Source of the DNA: Saprospiraceae bacterium
GTDB lineage: Bacteria; Bacteroidota; Bacteroidia; Chitinophagales; Saprospiraceae
Direction of reading: 5' to 3'
Length of the DNA stretch: 64,000 bases
Assembly (NCBI GenBank): GCA_016716335.1
Contig: JADJWN010000002.1
Location: forward strand, 123,262 to 187,261
Position 1 is the first letter of the stretch; the number at the start of each line of letters is the position of its first letter. This document shows, piece after piece, positions 47,703 to 57,794 of the stretch. Made by a program: the position numbers and the translations under genes. Below the pieces are notes generated by a model, which searched no databases, was not told where the DNA came from, and saw nothing but the letters and a program-made list of their open reading frames with translations.

Positions 47703-48656
47703 TTACTTTTTCAATCCAATCTCGCGGAGTCGCTCATTGAGATATTCGCCTGCGGTGATGGGTGCATAGGCCAGAGGTCTCTCCGCAGTCACGGTCGAGG
47801 GCAGACAGCTCAGGTCCATCGCACTTTTGGGATGCAGGAAGAAGGGGATGGACAATCTCGGTACATGCCACTGATCTCTGGGTGGGTTGACTACCCGGTG
47901 GGTGGTGGACTTGAGATAATTGTTGGTAAGTCTCTGCAGCATATCCCCTACATTGATGACGATTTCGCCATCTTCGGGGAGTATATCAAGCCATTCATTA
48001 TCAGAGGTAAGCAGCTGCAGACCACCGGCAGAGGCGCCTACCAGCAGTGTGATGAGATTGATATCTTCATGCTGCTCTGCCCGGATGGCTGAGGCCGGCT
48101 CTTGTGTAATAGGAGGATAATGGATGGATCGGAGGATGCTGTTGCCATCTTTTATTTTATCATCAAAATAATGCTCATCCAATCCCAGATGAATGGCTAT
48201 AGCCCTGAGCAGATGTGCACCAGCTTCTTCAAATGCCTTATACAGTTCCTTGCCGGTTGTATAAAATTCAGGAGTTTCTTCTACCATCACATTATCCGGA
48301 TATTCGGATTTGAGCGGATGGTCTGCATCCACAAACTGTCCGATCTGAAAAAACTCCTTAAGGTCTGCCACCTTCGACTGCTTGGCGTGCTCTTTACCAA
48401 AGGAAGTATATCCCCGCTGTCCTGCAAGTCCGGCAATTTCATATTTTGACTTAATTTCTACCGGCAGGGAAAAAAACTTTTTCGACGCATCGTAGAAAGC
48501 ATCAATTTTTTCTTTGGGTATGCCATGGTTGATGACTCCCACAAATCCTACTTCGTGAAATGCTCTGCCAAGCTCCTCTACAAATGCTTTTCTCTCGGCA
48601 TCTGTACCATGCACAAATTTTGACAGATCTACTAAGGGTATTGCTCTTTTTGTCAT
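47703..48656 (-). CDS. 2OG-Fe(II) oxygenase (isopenicillin-N-synthase-like family)
   Basis: 317 aa containing ..HEDINLITLL.. and ..STTHRV.., an HxD...H facial triad and RxS. Confidence 0.85.
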   Translation of the reverse strand: MTKRAIPLVDLSKFVHGTDAERKAFVEELGRAFHEVGFVGVINHGIPKEKIDAFYDASKKFFSLPVEIKSKYEIAGLAGQRGYTSFGKEHAKQSKVADLKEFFQIGQFVDADHPLKSEYPDNVMVEETPEFYTTGKELYKAFEEAGAHLLRAIAIHLGLDEHYFDDKIKDGNSILRSIHYPPITQEPASAIRAEQHEDINLITLLVGASAGGLQLLTSDNEWLDILPEDGEIVINVGDMLQRLTNNYLKSTTHRVVNPPRDQWHVPRLSIPFFLHPKSAMDLSCLPSTVTAERPLAYAPITAGEYLNERLREIGLKK

Positions 48657-48752
48657 TGATTCAGTGATTTTGATTGATAATTACACAAAATTCATTCCAC
48701 TTTTATGTATAAACAAGCTCCGGTGTCTTCGGGTTGTATTTCCAGTATCAAC

Positions 48753-50318
48753 TCATTGTTGCTTTGTGACGATGATATTTCCTGACATATCCTCAGGTGC
48801 CTCCACTCCCATCAGTTGCAGGATGGTGGGTGCGAGATCTCCGAGTTTTCCATCTTTAATCCTGTAGTGGGACTTACTGACATCATTGCCTACCAGTATC
48901 ACAGGTACAGGATTCATGGTATGCGCAGTATTGGGTGATCCGTCTTCATTGATCATCAGGTCAGAATTGCCGTGATCTGCGATAATGAGGGCATAATAAT
49001 CGTATTTCAGCAATACATCCAGCAATCTACCCACACATTGTTCTACCGTTTCCGCAGCCTTGACAGCGGCACTGAATACCCCCGTATGGCCGACCATATC
49101 GGTGTTGGCATAATTAAGGCAAATAAAGTCAGGTTTTTTTTCCTCGACAAATCGGATAAGTGCATCGGTGATTTCGACGGCACTCATTTCGGGTTTCAGA
49201 TCATAGGTAGGTACTTTGGGCGAGGGGATCAGTATCCGCTCTTCACCGGCAAATACCGTCTCTCTACCGCCGTTGAAGAAAAAGGTGACGTGAGGATATT
49301 TCTCTGTCTCTGCAATTCTCACCTGCGACAAGCCTGCCTTGCTTATGATTTCACCCAGCGTGTTGTCGAGATTATCCTTGTCAAAAATGACGTCAATGTT
49401 ACTGTATCGCTGATCATACTGTGTGAAGGTGACATAATGCAAGGCAAGTTTATGCATATTATACTCATGCATGTCTGTCTGTGTCAATACTTCGGTAAGC
49501 TGTCTCGGCCTGTCTGTGCGGAAATTGAAAAAGAGTACTGTGTCGCCTTCTTTGATTCTGCTTTCCTCAGCGGTATCGGTGGCTATTACCGGCATCACAA
49601 ATTCGTCTGTTACATCCCGGTCGTAGCTCTCCTGCAAAGCGGACATCAGATCCGGGCTATGCTGGCCTGTGCCGTTTACCAGCATGTCGTAGGCAATTTT
49701 TACCCTTTCCCATCTTTTGTCACGGTCCATCGCATAGTATCTGCCGATGATATCCGCCAGGATTATCTGCCGGTTGTCAATCTCACTGAGCACCTGACCA
49801 ATAAAACTTTTGCCGGATTTGGGATCTGTATCTCTTCCATCCAGAAATGCATGAATATACACCTGCAGTTCGGGGTATTGTCTGAGGATTTTGCACAAAT
49901 CGAGCAGGTGACTGATATGCGAATGTACTCCTCCATCAGAGACCAATCCAAGCAGATGTAACCTGCGGTTACCTGCCATGGCTGTTCGGATCATTTTCTG
50001 AAATACCGGGTTTCTGGCAAACTCGCCTTCGCGAAAGGCTTTATTGATTCGGGCAAGTTCCTGATATACTACCCGGCCTGCACCTATGTTCATGTGACCC
50101 ACCTCTGAATTGCCCATCTGCCCCTCCGGAAGTCCCACATCCTCCCCGTAAGTGATGAGTTCTGCATTCGGGTATTGTCGGTACAGGCTATCCATCACCG
50201 GTGTATCTGCCATTTGGATGGCACTGGCTTCGGGAATTTTACCATGCCCCCATCCGTCCAAAATAATCAATGCTAATTTTCTCAAAATCAATATTTTAAA
50301 TAATTTAAAACAGGCCAC
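48753..50318 (-). CDS. gpmI: 2,3-bisphosphoglycerate-independent phosphoglycerate mutase
   Basis: Motifs LIILDGWGHG, GNSEVGHMNIGAGR and ADHGN are present. The true start may lie a few codons inside the ORF. Confidence 0.9.
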   Translation of the reverse strand: MACFKLFKILILRKLALIILDGWGHGKIPEASAIQMADTPVMDSLYRQYPNAELITYGEDVGLPEGQMGNSEVGHMNIGAGRVVYQELARINKAFREGEFARNPVFQKMIRTAMAGNRRLHLLGLVSDGGVHSHISHLLDLCKILRQYPELQVYIHAFLDGRDTDPKSGKSFIGQVLSEIDNRQIILADIIGRYYAMDRDKRWERVKIAYDMLVNGTGQHSPDLMSALQESYDRDVTDEFVMPVIATDTAEESRIKEGDTVLFFNFRTDRPRQLTEVLTQTDMHEYNMHKLALHYVTFTQYDQRYSNIDVIFDKDNLDNTLGEIISKAGLSQVRIAETEKYPHVTFFFNGGRETVFAGEERILIPSPKVPTYDLKPEMSAVEITDALIRFVEEKKPDFICLNYANTDMVGHTGVFSAAVKAAETVEQCVGRLLDVLLKYDYYALIIADHGNSDLMINEDGSPNTAHTMNPVPVILVGNDVSKSHYRIKDGKLGDLAPTILQLMGVEAPEDMSGNIIVTKQQ

Positions 50319-50466
50319 ATCACAGTCACTTGCCGGAATCGAAACATAGGATTTTAGCTAATATTTGTTAATTTTGAAACTAAAACCAACCTCCGGCTCG
50401 TTTATAATGCGCAAAGATAAAGATGCAAAGATTGTTTATTTACACTAAAACAAAATTAATTCGGCG

Positions 50467-50844
50467 ATGAGATACCTTTTTATATTTTTTATTTTTCTGT
50501 CCATAAACCTGCAGGCGCAAAATGATGAAAAGTTTTTCGGATTGATGCGCAGCGGAGATATCAATGCGATGGAAAGCTACCTTCAGGACAAGATAGATTT
50601 CTGTCTTTTTGAAGATGTACAGCCCCTGAACAGGAAAGCTGCGCTCGGCAGATTCAAATCTTTTCTGGACAGCAACCGGCCCACAGGTCTCGAAATGATG
50701 CATCAGGGCACCTCCCGCGACAGAAGTACAAACTACAGGGTAGCAAAATTGAATACTGTCAACGGAAGTTTTCGGGTATTTGTGTATTCGGTAGGACCGA
50801 TTGGACCCAACAGTGTGAAAGAAATCAGGATAGATAAATTCTGA
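50467..50844 (+). CDS. DUF4783-like secreted protein
   Basis: 125 aa with a signal peptide. Confidence 0.5.
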   Translation: MRYLFIFFIFLSINLQAQNDEKFFGLMRSGDINAMESYLQDKIDFCLFEDVQPLNRKAALGRFKSFLDSNRPTGLEMMHQGTSRDRSTNYRVAKLNTVNGSFRVFVYSVGPIGPNSVKEIRIDKF

Positions 50845-50875
50845 TTGCAGGTTTAAACGCTCTTTGGCTGTACAG

Positions 50876-51934
50876 TCAATTGTTTGCCCAAAGCCGGGCA
50901 GTGCCTTCTGTGTTCTTGCGCTCTAAAGAGAATACGGATTTCCATCCGAAATGATCAGACAAAATACTCTGGTCATTGAATATAACCTTGGAATACTGAT
51001 GTTTCAGGATTGCTTCATTCCCTGTATTACGATAGAAGCAGTAGTCTAATTTTTGTCTGTTCTGAGGATCATTCACATAATGATTGTTTTTCCCATCATA
51101 GGTAAATAATTGATTGTCCAGGCAGGGAGCGGTGTCTGTAAATCCCAACAGTCCGGAAATCACTACAGGGTATAATAAAGAGGGTGCAAACCTGTCAGAA
51201 ACTTTGGAAATCTCGGGATGCGTCGTATTAATGTCTCCCATAAAGAGGGTAGGATACAGTGCAAATCCAGGCATACCGGCCAGAATATTCATCATATATT
51301 GTATCTGAAGCAATCTGAAATTTTCGGCTTGTCTGTCTTCTCCGGCATACAGGTGGGTATTGATGACATTGCATTTATGCCCGTTGATATCTATGGTGGT
51401 GAATAAAAATCCCTTGGCACCAATCTTCTCGATGATACTGCATTCTTTTTCGTAAGGATACTGAAAAAACTGTTCTGATACGACAGGATATTTAGACAAT
51501 GTCATGAGTCCGCCATGACAATCTTTTACGATGAGGCCGTTCCAGGAGCTGTTGCAGGAATAATCACTGCCCATATAATACTCAGATCTCAGTGCACGTA
51601 TGAGCCTGCTTCTCAGTTCAGGATGGAAGGTCTCCTGCAGGCAAAGGATATCCGCCCCAAGTGCCAGCAGACTATCGGGCATCCGTGTAAACCGGTCTGC
51701 CTGCTCATGTCCGGCCAGTCTTACTGGCAGTCCCCAGGTATTGTAGGTGATGCATGTGATGTCCAAGCTACCATCATGCAAGGACTCAGACCATTTTTGA
51801 AATGCGGTGGATTGCCGGGCAGGAGCCTTGAATGGAAGATTGGAAGTGCTGACAGCAAGTGGCCAGGCCAGACACAATACCCAAACTAACAGCGCAGTTT
51901 TGGAAGCAATCATTTTTCGTAAAGTTTGACACAA
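50876..51934 (-). CDS. endonuclease/exonuclease/phosphatase (EEP) family protein
   Basis: 352 aa containing ..ADILCLQE.. and ..SDHFGW.., typical EEP motifs. Confidence 0.7.
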   Translation of the reverse strand: MCQTLRKMIASKTALLVWVLCLAWPLAVSTSNLPFKAPARQSTAFQKWSESLHDGSLDITCITYNTWGLPVRLAGHEQADRFTRMPDSLLALGADILCLQETFHPELRSRLIRALRSEYYMGSDYSCNSSWNGLIVKDCHGGLMTLSKYPVVSEQFFQYPYEKECSIIEKIGAKGFLFTTIDINGHKCNVINTHLYAGEDRQAENFRLLQIQYMMNILAGMPGFALYPTLFMGDINTTHPEISKVSDRFAPSLLYPVVISGLLGFTDTAPCLDNQLFTYDGKNNHYVNDPQNRQKLDYCFYRNTGNEAILKHQYSKVIFNDQSILSDHFGWKSVFSLERKNTEGTARLWANN

Positions 51935-52205
51935 AAGTCTGCAGCCTTCGTTAAGCGAATATTTTACATATGATAATAAAATCTAAAGTATAAGCTGTTT
52001 TTAGTGATATATTTTTGAAATAATTTAATCACAAATTAATGTAAAATTCAAAAACAGAATTTCCGGATAGGCCGGCAATCAAATGATATCGTAAGCTTTG
52101 AATTGACATCAGCTTTGCCCGAAATGAATAAAAGCTGATCAGATACGGATTTTCAAAACGGAGATAATCAGAAACAGCATTAGTGCTTATGCAAAATCTA
52201 AAACA

Positions 52206-54677
52206 TTACCCCTGTACATACACCCTTTTTATCCGGGTGGATATGCGGCTCAGAATTTCGTAGGGGATGGTTTGGTTGACCTCCGCCAATGTCTCAATAG
52301 GTTTATCTTTTCCGAAAATAATGACTTCATCGCCGGGTTTTACCTCGTGATTTTTGCCCAGATATACCATGAGCAGATCCATACATACATTCCCGATGAT
52401 GGGATAGTCTGTCTTGCCGATGCGTACTGTATAACGTCTGTTGCCGGAGTGTCGCAGCATTCCGTCTGCATAGCCGATATTCACTGTGGCAATATCTGCA
52501 TCTTCCTTCAAAATTTCCTTTCGGTTGTATCCCACGGATGCTCCTGCACTGAGGGACTTGATCTGAAGTACACTGGCCTTCAGCGTGTGGACTTTCTCCA
52601 GATAGTCCGCATGCTCCCCGGTGACATCTATACCGTACAGGCCCAATCCAAGCCTTACCATATCATAGTGGTATTGCGGAAACCTCAGAATGCCTGCTGT
52701 ATTAAGCAAATGGCGAAACGGCACATAATCCAGATGAGTGAGAATTTTCTGCACCATTTTTTCATACACTTCTGCCTGCCGGTGTGTGTAGTCATCGTCT
52801 GCAGGATCTTCGCTGCTGCTCAGATGACTGAAAATGCTCTTTACAGTCAATTGATTCTGATCTGTAATCAGATTTAAAAGGCCGTCCAGTTCGTTTTCAT
52901 CAAAACCCAGGCGGTGCATTCCTGTATCTAACTTGAGGTGAATGCCAAATCCGGTCACCCCGCTTTCAGTGAGCACATCCAGGATTTCCCGGAGCTGATG
53001 TACGGCATATACTTCGGGCTCCAGTCTGTATCGGATCATATCCCTGATACTGGCAGATTCGGGATTAAGCACCATGACAGGCAGCTGTATGCCTGCTTTG
53101 CGGAGCTCGACTCCTTCATCGGCAAATGCTACCGCCAGATAATCCACTTTGCTGAACTCCAGAAACTTGGCAAGTTCGATACTGCCCGACCCGTATCCTG
53201 CTGCCTTGATCACAGCAATGATGCCGGTGCCTTGTGACAGTCTTTCTGAAAAATACCTCAGATTTGCCGCTACAGCCTGCAGATCTGTTTCCAAAACCGC
53301 CGAATGTTTTCTGGCAGTCAATGCATTGACAAAATTTTCGAGTGCAAAGGCACGGGCACCTTTGACGAGTATGATTTTATGTTGAATGGGCAGTTTTTCT
53401 GCCTCTTCCAGCAATGCCTCTGTGGTCTCAAAATGCCTGAATAAAATGTAGGGATCTATAAGGTGCTCGATGTGGCGGATATGGTCACCCACACAAATGA
53501 TGTCGCTGATTTCATGATTGTGCAGCAGCTGGGCTATCTTTCTGTTGAGTGCATTATGGTCCAGTCCTGTCTGAAAAAAATCAGTAATCACCAGCATTCT
53601 TTCACGGTTGCCTGCCTGCTGAGCCTGAAATTCCAGTGCGATTTTCAGCGACTCAAGATCGGCATTGTAGCTGTCGTTTATAATGATACTGTCATTGATG
53701 CCCGCTTTCATCTCCAGGCGCATGGATAGATATCGCAGATTGATAATCCGCTCACTGATCTGATTGATATTGTATCCCAGATACAACATAACAGCGATGC
53801 AATGGCAGATATTGGACAGAGAGGCATCGTCTGTGAAGTGTACCTTCAGCACCTCGTGATGTCCCCGATACTCCAGATTTATGTAGCTGTATTCATTGAA
53901 TTTTTCTAATCTGTGCAGCCTGTACACTGTGGCGGAGGCTGAAAAGCCCCAGGATAACCTCGTTTTTTCGGGATACATGTGTCTGATGTGTGCTGATATC
54001 ATCTCATCATCTTCTGAATAGATGATAGCTTCAGCCTCTTTGAACAGACCCAGTTTTTCCCTGAGTTTCTGCTCCTTACTTTCAAAGCCCTCCGCATGGG
54101 CATCTCCGATATTTGTAATTATGCCCACTGTGGGCTTGATCATCGCTTCCAGCAATGCCATTTCTCCTGACTTTGAGGTGCCGGCCTCTATGATAGCAAT
54201 ACGGTGAAAATCCCGTATCTGCCATAAAGACAAAGGTACACCAATCTGTGAATTGTAACTTTTCGGACTTTTTACCACGGATTGGTCGGCGATGAGTTCA
54301 CTGAGCCATTCCTTTACCGTGGTCTTGCCATTGCTGCCGGTGATTGCTATCAGGCGTAGCTTATGGAAGCGGCTCCGGTGATATGCTGCAATTTTTTGGA
54401 GTGCTTTGACTGAGTCCGGTACTATAAAAACATTCAGATGATCCGGATTGTGATCAAAATCCCTTTCTGCCACTATATTTTTTACCCCTATGTTTACAGC
54501 ATCCTGAATGTAGTCATGTCCGTCATGCAAGGTGCCGGATATGGCAAAAAACAAGGACTTTTCCGGAAAATCTATCCGCCTGCTGTCTGTCACCAGATAT
54601 TCGATATCCGCAAGGGGATCAGCCAGGTATGAATCCTTTGTCTGCAGTATTTCGCCAATAAGCTGAGCTGTGTACAT
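52206..54677 (-). CDS. bifunctional UDP-MurNAc-pentapeptide synthetase (MurF) / alanine racemase
   Basis: 823 aa. The N-terminal Mur ligase has ITGSNGKTT. The C-terminal racemase has AVIKAAGYGSG. Confidence 0.85.
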   Translation of the reverse strand: MYTAQLIGEILQTKDSYLADPLADIEYLVTDSRRIDFPEKSLFFAISGTLHDGHDYIQDAVNIGVKNIVAERDFDHNPDHLNVFIVPDSVKALQKIAAYHRSRFHKLRLIAITGSNGKTTVKEWLSELIADQSVVKSPKSYNSQIGVPLSLWQIRDFHRIAIIEAGTSKSGEMALLEAMIKPTVGIITNIGDAHAEGFESKEQKLREKLGLFKEAEAIIYSEDDEMISAHIRHMYPEKTRLSWGFSASATVYRLHRLEKFNEYSYINLEYRGHHEVLKVHFTDDASLSNICHCIAVMLYLGYNINQISERIINLRYLSMRLEMKAGINDSIIINDSYNADLESLKIALEFQAQQAGNRERMLVITDFFQTGLDHNALNRKIAQLLHNHEISDIICVGDHIRHIEHLIDPYILFRHFETTEALLEEAEKLPIQHKIILVKGARAFALENFVNALTARKHSAVLETDLQAVAANLRYFSERLSQGTGIIAVIKAAGYGSGSIELAKFLEFSKVDYLAVAFADEGVELRKAGIQLPVMVLNPESASIRDMIRYRLEPEVYAVHQLREILDVLTESGVTGFGIHLKLDTGMHRLGFDENELDGLLNLITDQNQLTVKSIFSHLSSSEDPADDDYTHRQAEVYEKMVQKILTHLDYVPFRHLLNTAGILRFPQYHYDMVRLGLGLYGIDVTGEHADYLEKVHTLKASVLQIKSLSAGASVGYNRKEILKEDADIATVNIGYADGMLRHSGNRRYTVRIGKTDYPIIGNVCMDLLMVYLGKNHEVKPGDEVIIFGKDKPIETLAEVNQTIPYEILSRISTRIKRVYVQG

Positions 54678-54692
54678 GGATGCCGATAATTT

Positions 54693-55958
54693 TTACAGAT
54701 CAAATCCTATATCCTTACGGAAATACTTTCCTTCAAATTGTATGGTCTCTGCGGCTGCCACAGATTTGGCCACAGCTTTGCGGAAATCGCGGTCCATAGC
54801 TGTCAGGGCCAGCACTCTGCCCCCATTGGTCAGGATATCTTCACCGGATGCTTTTGTTCCGGCATGAAAAATGGTGACATCCCCTGCATTTGACAGACCG
54901 GTAATGGGCTTTCCCTTTTCAAAATCGCCTGGATAGCCACCCGATACCATCATCACCGTGCTTGCTGCCATAGGCGAAATTTTCAATGTCCGGCTGCTCA
55001 AAGTACCATCAAACAAAGCATTGAATAATTCCACTATATCAGTTGATATCCTCGGTATCACCACTTCTGTCTCGGGGTCGCCCAGACGGCAGTTGTACTC
55101 TATGACATAAGGCTCACCTTCTACATTGATAAGTCCGAAAAATACGAAACCTTTATAATCCATCTGTTCGGCACGAATACCATGTATGGTGGGCTCAATG
55201 ATTTTTTTCTTCACTTTGTCCCACAAGCTGTCATTTACAAATGGCACAGGGGATATTGCTCCCATACCTCCCGTATTGAGTCCTGTATCCCCTTCACCTA
55301 CCCGCTTATAGTCTTTGGCTTCAGGAAGCAGGACATACTCTTTGCCGTCAGTCAGGACAAACACCGAAAATTCGATGCCTTTCAAGAATGTTTCTATGAC
55401 AACTCTGGAAGATGCCTGACCGAATTTTCCACTGAGCATCGCCTGGAGTTCGGACACGGCCTTTGCTTTATTCTCCAGTATCAATACGCCTTTGCCTGCA
55501 GCGAGTCCATCGGCTTTGAGTACATAAGGTGGTGTCAGGGAATCCAGAAAGCGGATTCCTTCCTGCAGATTTTCTGAGGTGACCTCCGTGTAGGCAGCCG
55601 TGGGAATCTGATATTTTTCCATAAATTTTTTGGCAAATGCCTTACTGCCTTCCAGTTGGGCTGCATAGGCATCCGGTCCCACCATTTTGATATGTGCAGT
55701 ATCGGCTTGTCTGAAAAAATCTACGATACCATCTACAAGCGGCGCTTCAGGACCTACCACTATCATATCTATATTGTGATCAAGCGCAAACTTTTTGACA
55801 GATTCAAAATCCAGTATGTTGAGATCCACATTTTGTCCACATTGCCGGGTCCCGGCATTTCCGGGAGCAATGTATAATGTATCGCAAAGCGGACTTTGGT
55901 TGATTTTCCAGGCAAGACAATGCTCTCTGCCACCACTGCCCAATATAAGTATATTCAT
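54693..55958 (-). CDS. purD: phosphoribosylamine--glycine ligase
   Basis: 421 aa starting MNILILGSGGREHCLAWKI. Confidence 0.95.
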   Translation of the reverse strand: MNILILGSGGREHCLAWKINQSPLCDTLYIAPGNAGTRQCGQNVDLNILDFESVKKFALDHNIDMIVVGPEAPLVDGIVDFFRQADTAHIKMVGPDAYAAQLEGSKAFAKKFMEKYQIPTAAYTEVTSENLQEGIRFLDSLTPPYVLKADGLAAGKGVLILENKAKAVSELQAMLSGKFGQASSRVVIETFLKGIEFSVFVLTDGKEYVLLPEAKDYKRVGEGDTGLNTGGMGAISPVPFVNDSLWDKVKKKIIEPTIHGIRAEQMDYKGFVFFGLINVEGEPYVIEYNCRLGDPETEVVIPRISTDIVELFNALFDGTLSSRTLKISPMAASTVMMVSGGYPGDFEKGKPITGLSNAGDVTIFHAGTKASGEDILTNGGRVLALTAMDRDFRKAVAKSVAAAETIQFEGKYFRKDIGFDL

Positions 55959-56053
55959 AATCAGTAAAAAGTAATGTTGAAATACAAAGGTAAGGGGTAC
56001 AAGGTTTCAGACCAAATCCAGCAGTTAAAGATAACTTAGCCGAGAGGAAGTCT

Positions 56054-56557
56054 TCAGGAAAACATCCTGCTCCAACCCAGCCTTACAAGGATCAGCATGA
56101 TCAGGAAAAAAAGCAGGAACTGGTAAAAAGGCATGAAGCTGATGACCCATATATGGGTTTTTTCCAATATCCACATCAGTGTAATCAGGGCAGTGAGCAT
56201 AAACATCAGTCCATTGAGTCTGCCAAATCCGGGAACAAACTTAAGATCCACATTTTTCCGTACCAGCCAAAGGGTGGCAATCATGCAAATCACCGGCAAT
56301 ATCTGTGTGAATACATTCGTATCCAGAATAGAAGTCCGCTCAAACAGAAAGAGATATACACTCAGTGTCAAGGCAAAAATACCCGGTATGCAGGCAAGGT
56401 ATATCAATACGCTGTACAGATACTTCCAGGGACTGAGATGCCCCTCACCTTTGCCCAGAATACCCGCAATCAATGCAGTGACAGGTACCATGACGAAAAA
56501 AGTAAGCAAACCGGAAGGCTGAGCAGATACGGATTCGAAAAACTGGCCTAAAGTCAT
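56054..56557 (-). CDS. hypothetical integral membrane protein
   Basis: 167 aa with about five TM segments. Confidence 0.5.
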   Translation of the reverse strand: MTLGQFFESVSAQPSGLLTFFVMVPVTALIAGILGKGEGHLSPWKYLYSVLIYLACIPGIFALTLSVYLFLFERTSILDTNVFTQILPVICMIATLWLVRKNVDLKFVPGFGRLNGLMFMLTALITLMWILEKTHIWVISFMPFYQFLLFFLIMLILVRLGWSRMFS

Positions 56558-56729
56558 AACATTTCCTCGTTTTCAACACTGTAAAGCTATGTAAATTGAC
56601 AGGGAAATTTCAAAGTTTTATTCAATAAAATCAAAAATCATTCTCATGAGAAAAGTTTCCCAAAACTGCTTATAAAAAATACAAACTTTTGCTCCCTGAA
56701 TTGTCCCTTGTGCTGCAGCTTGTTGTTTT

Positions 56730-57527
56730 TTACCGGAGGAGCGATTTCATCTTTTTGGCAATCAGGTCCACCGCATATTTGGGTGCAAGCCGGTATAATT
56801 TATCCATCATGGATGCATCGCTTCCTACCAGTATTTTCAATTGATTCTGTTCAATTCCCCGCACTATAATTTCTGCTGCTTTGGATGCATCCAATGCCTT
56901 GAATCGGGATGCATCTGCATTTTTGGGTCTTTCCAGTCCCGAATTTTCGGTAATTTTGGTATCAATGGCTCCGGGCAGAATGGAAACCACCTGAACCGGA
57001 GTATCTTTTAATTCGGCATACAAGCCTTCCGTAAGCAGTTTTACCGCAGCTTTGGAAGCACCGTAGATGGTCTGACCCGGTACAGGAAGAAAGCCTCCCA
57101 TACTGGAGACATTGGCAATCAGGCTTTCAGGCCTCTCCAGCAATTGAGGTAAAAATACCCTGATTAAATGGAGTGTACTGAAAAAATTGATATCAAAAAC
57201 TCTGTGAATTTCAGCATCTGTCAGTTCCTGCACCTTAACAAATCGTTGTATTATGCCCGCATTGTTGATAAGCCCATCCACTTTGCCAAAGTGCTCCTGA
57301 ACCGCAAGCGGCAATGCTGTCGTTTTTTCTTTATCCGTGATGTCCAGAGTAAAACTCCGGAATTTTTCCTGATTTGCCTCTGCCAATTCCCGGGTTTTGC
57401 TGAGGCTGTCCGGATTTATATCAATACCTGCCACATATCCGCCCCTGGCGAGTACTTCCAGACTTAATGCCCGGCCAATCCCGCTGCCCGCTCCTGTGAT
57501 AACTATGACTTTTTCTTTGAGTTTCAT
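56730..57527 (-). CDS. SDR-family oxidoreductase
   Basis: The likely start is MKLKEKVIVITGAGSGIGRAL at 57527. YGASK is present. Confidence 0.85.
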   Translation of the reverse strand: MKLKEKVIVITGAGSGIGRALSLEVLARGGYVAGIDINPDSLSKTRELAEANQEKFRSFTLDITDKEKTTALPLAVQEHFGKVDGLINNAGIIQRFVKVQELTDAEIHRVFDINFFSTLHLIRVFLPQLLERPESLIANVSSMGGFLPVPGQTIYGASKAAVKLLTEGLYAELKDTPVQVVSILPGAIDTKITENSGLERPKNADASRFKALDASKAAEIIVRGIEQNQLKILVGSDASMMDKLYRLAPKYAVDLIAKKMKSLLR

Positions 57528-57794
57528 ATTAAAAATCGTAACCTGATTAAAAAAAACAATATTGAACCAATTACTCAAATCAAAAATATAACCATGCTTC
57601 GGATTTATGCAATGATGCAGGTCATAGGTTCAAATAACTTCCGTCCGGAACTATTGCTGAATTTTTGTAAATGGGAAATACAGGTAAAAAACCTGAAATT
57701 ATAGATTTTTGAGAGAATCCTGTTTCAAAAACTCAAATCGAAATCGAAAATTTATTTGTAACTTGAATTCAGGATTGAAATTAATCCTGTACAA

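Noticed and set aside
26453-47703. Search for an integron integrase or any tyrosine/serine recombinase at either end of the cassette array.
   Set aside because: No ORF in any frame shows recombinase motifs. The only recombinases present are the DDE (IS1182) and DEDD (IS110) transposases. The region is therefore described as integrase-less within this window.
48972-49961. 329-aa plus-strand ORF.
   Set aside because: It is entirely antisense to gpmI, whose translation is unmistakable, so this is a shadow ORF. The same reasoning applies to 20297..20935, 25022..25624, 52272..52877, 12027..12531, 21358..21837 and the other internal antisense ORFs in the track.
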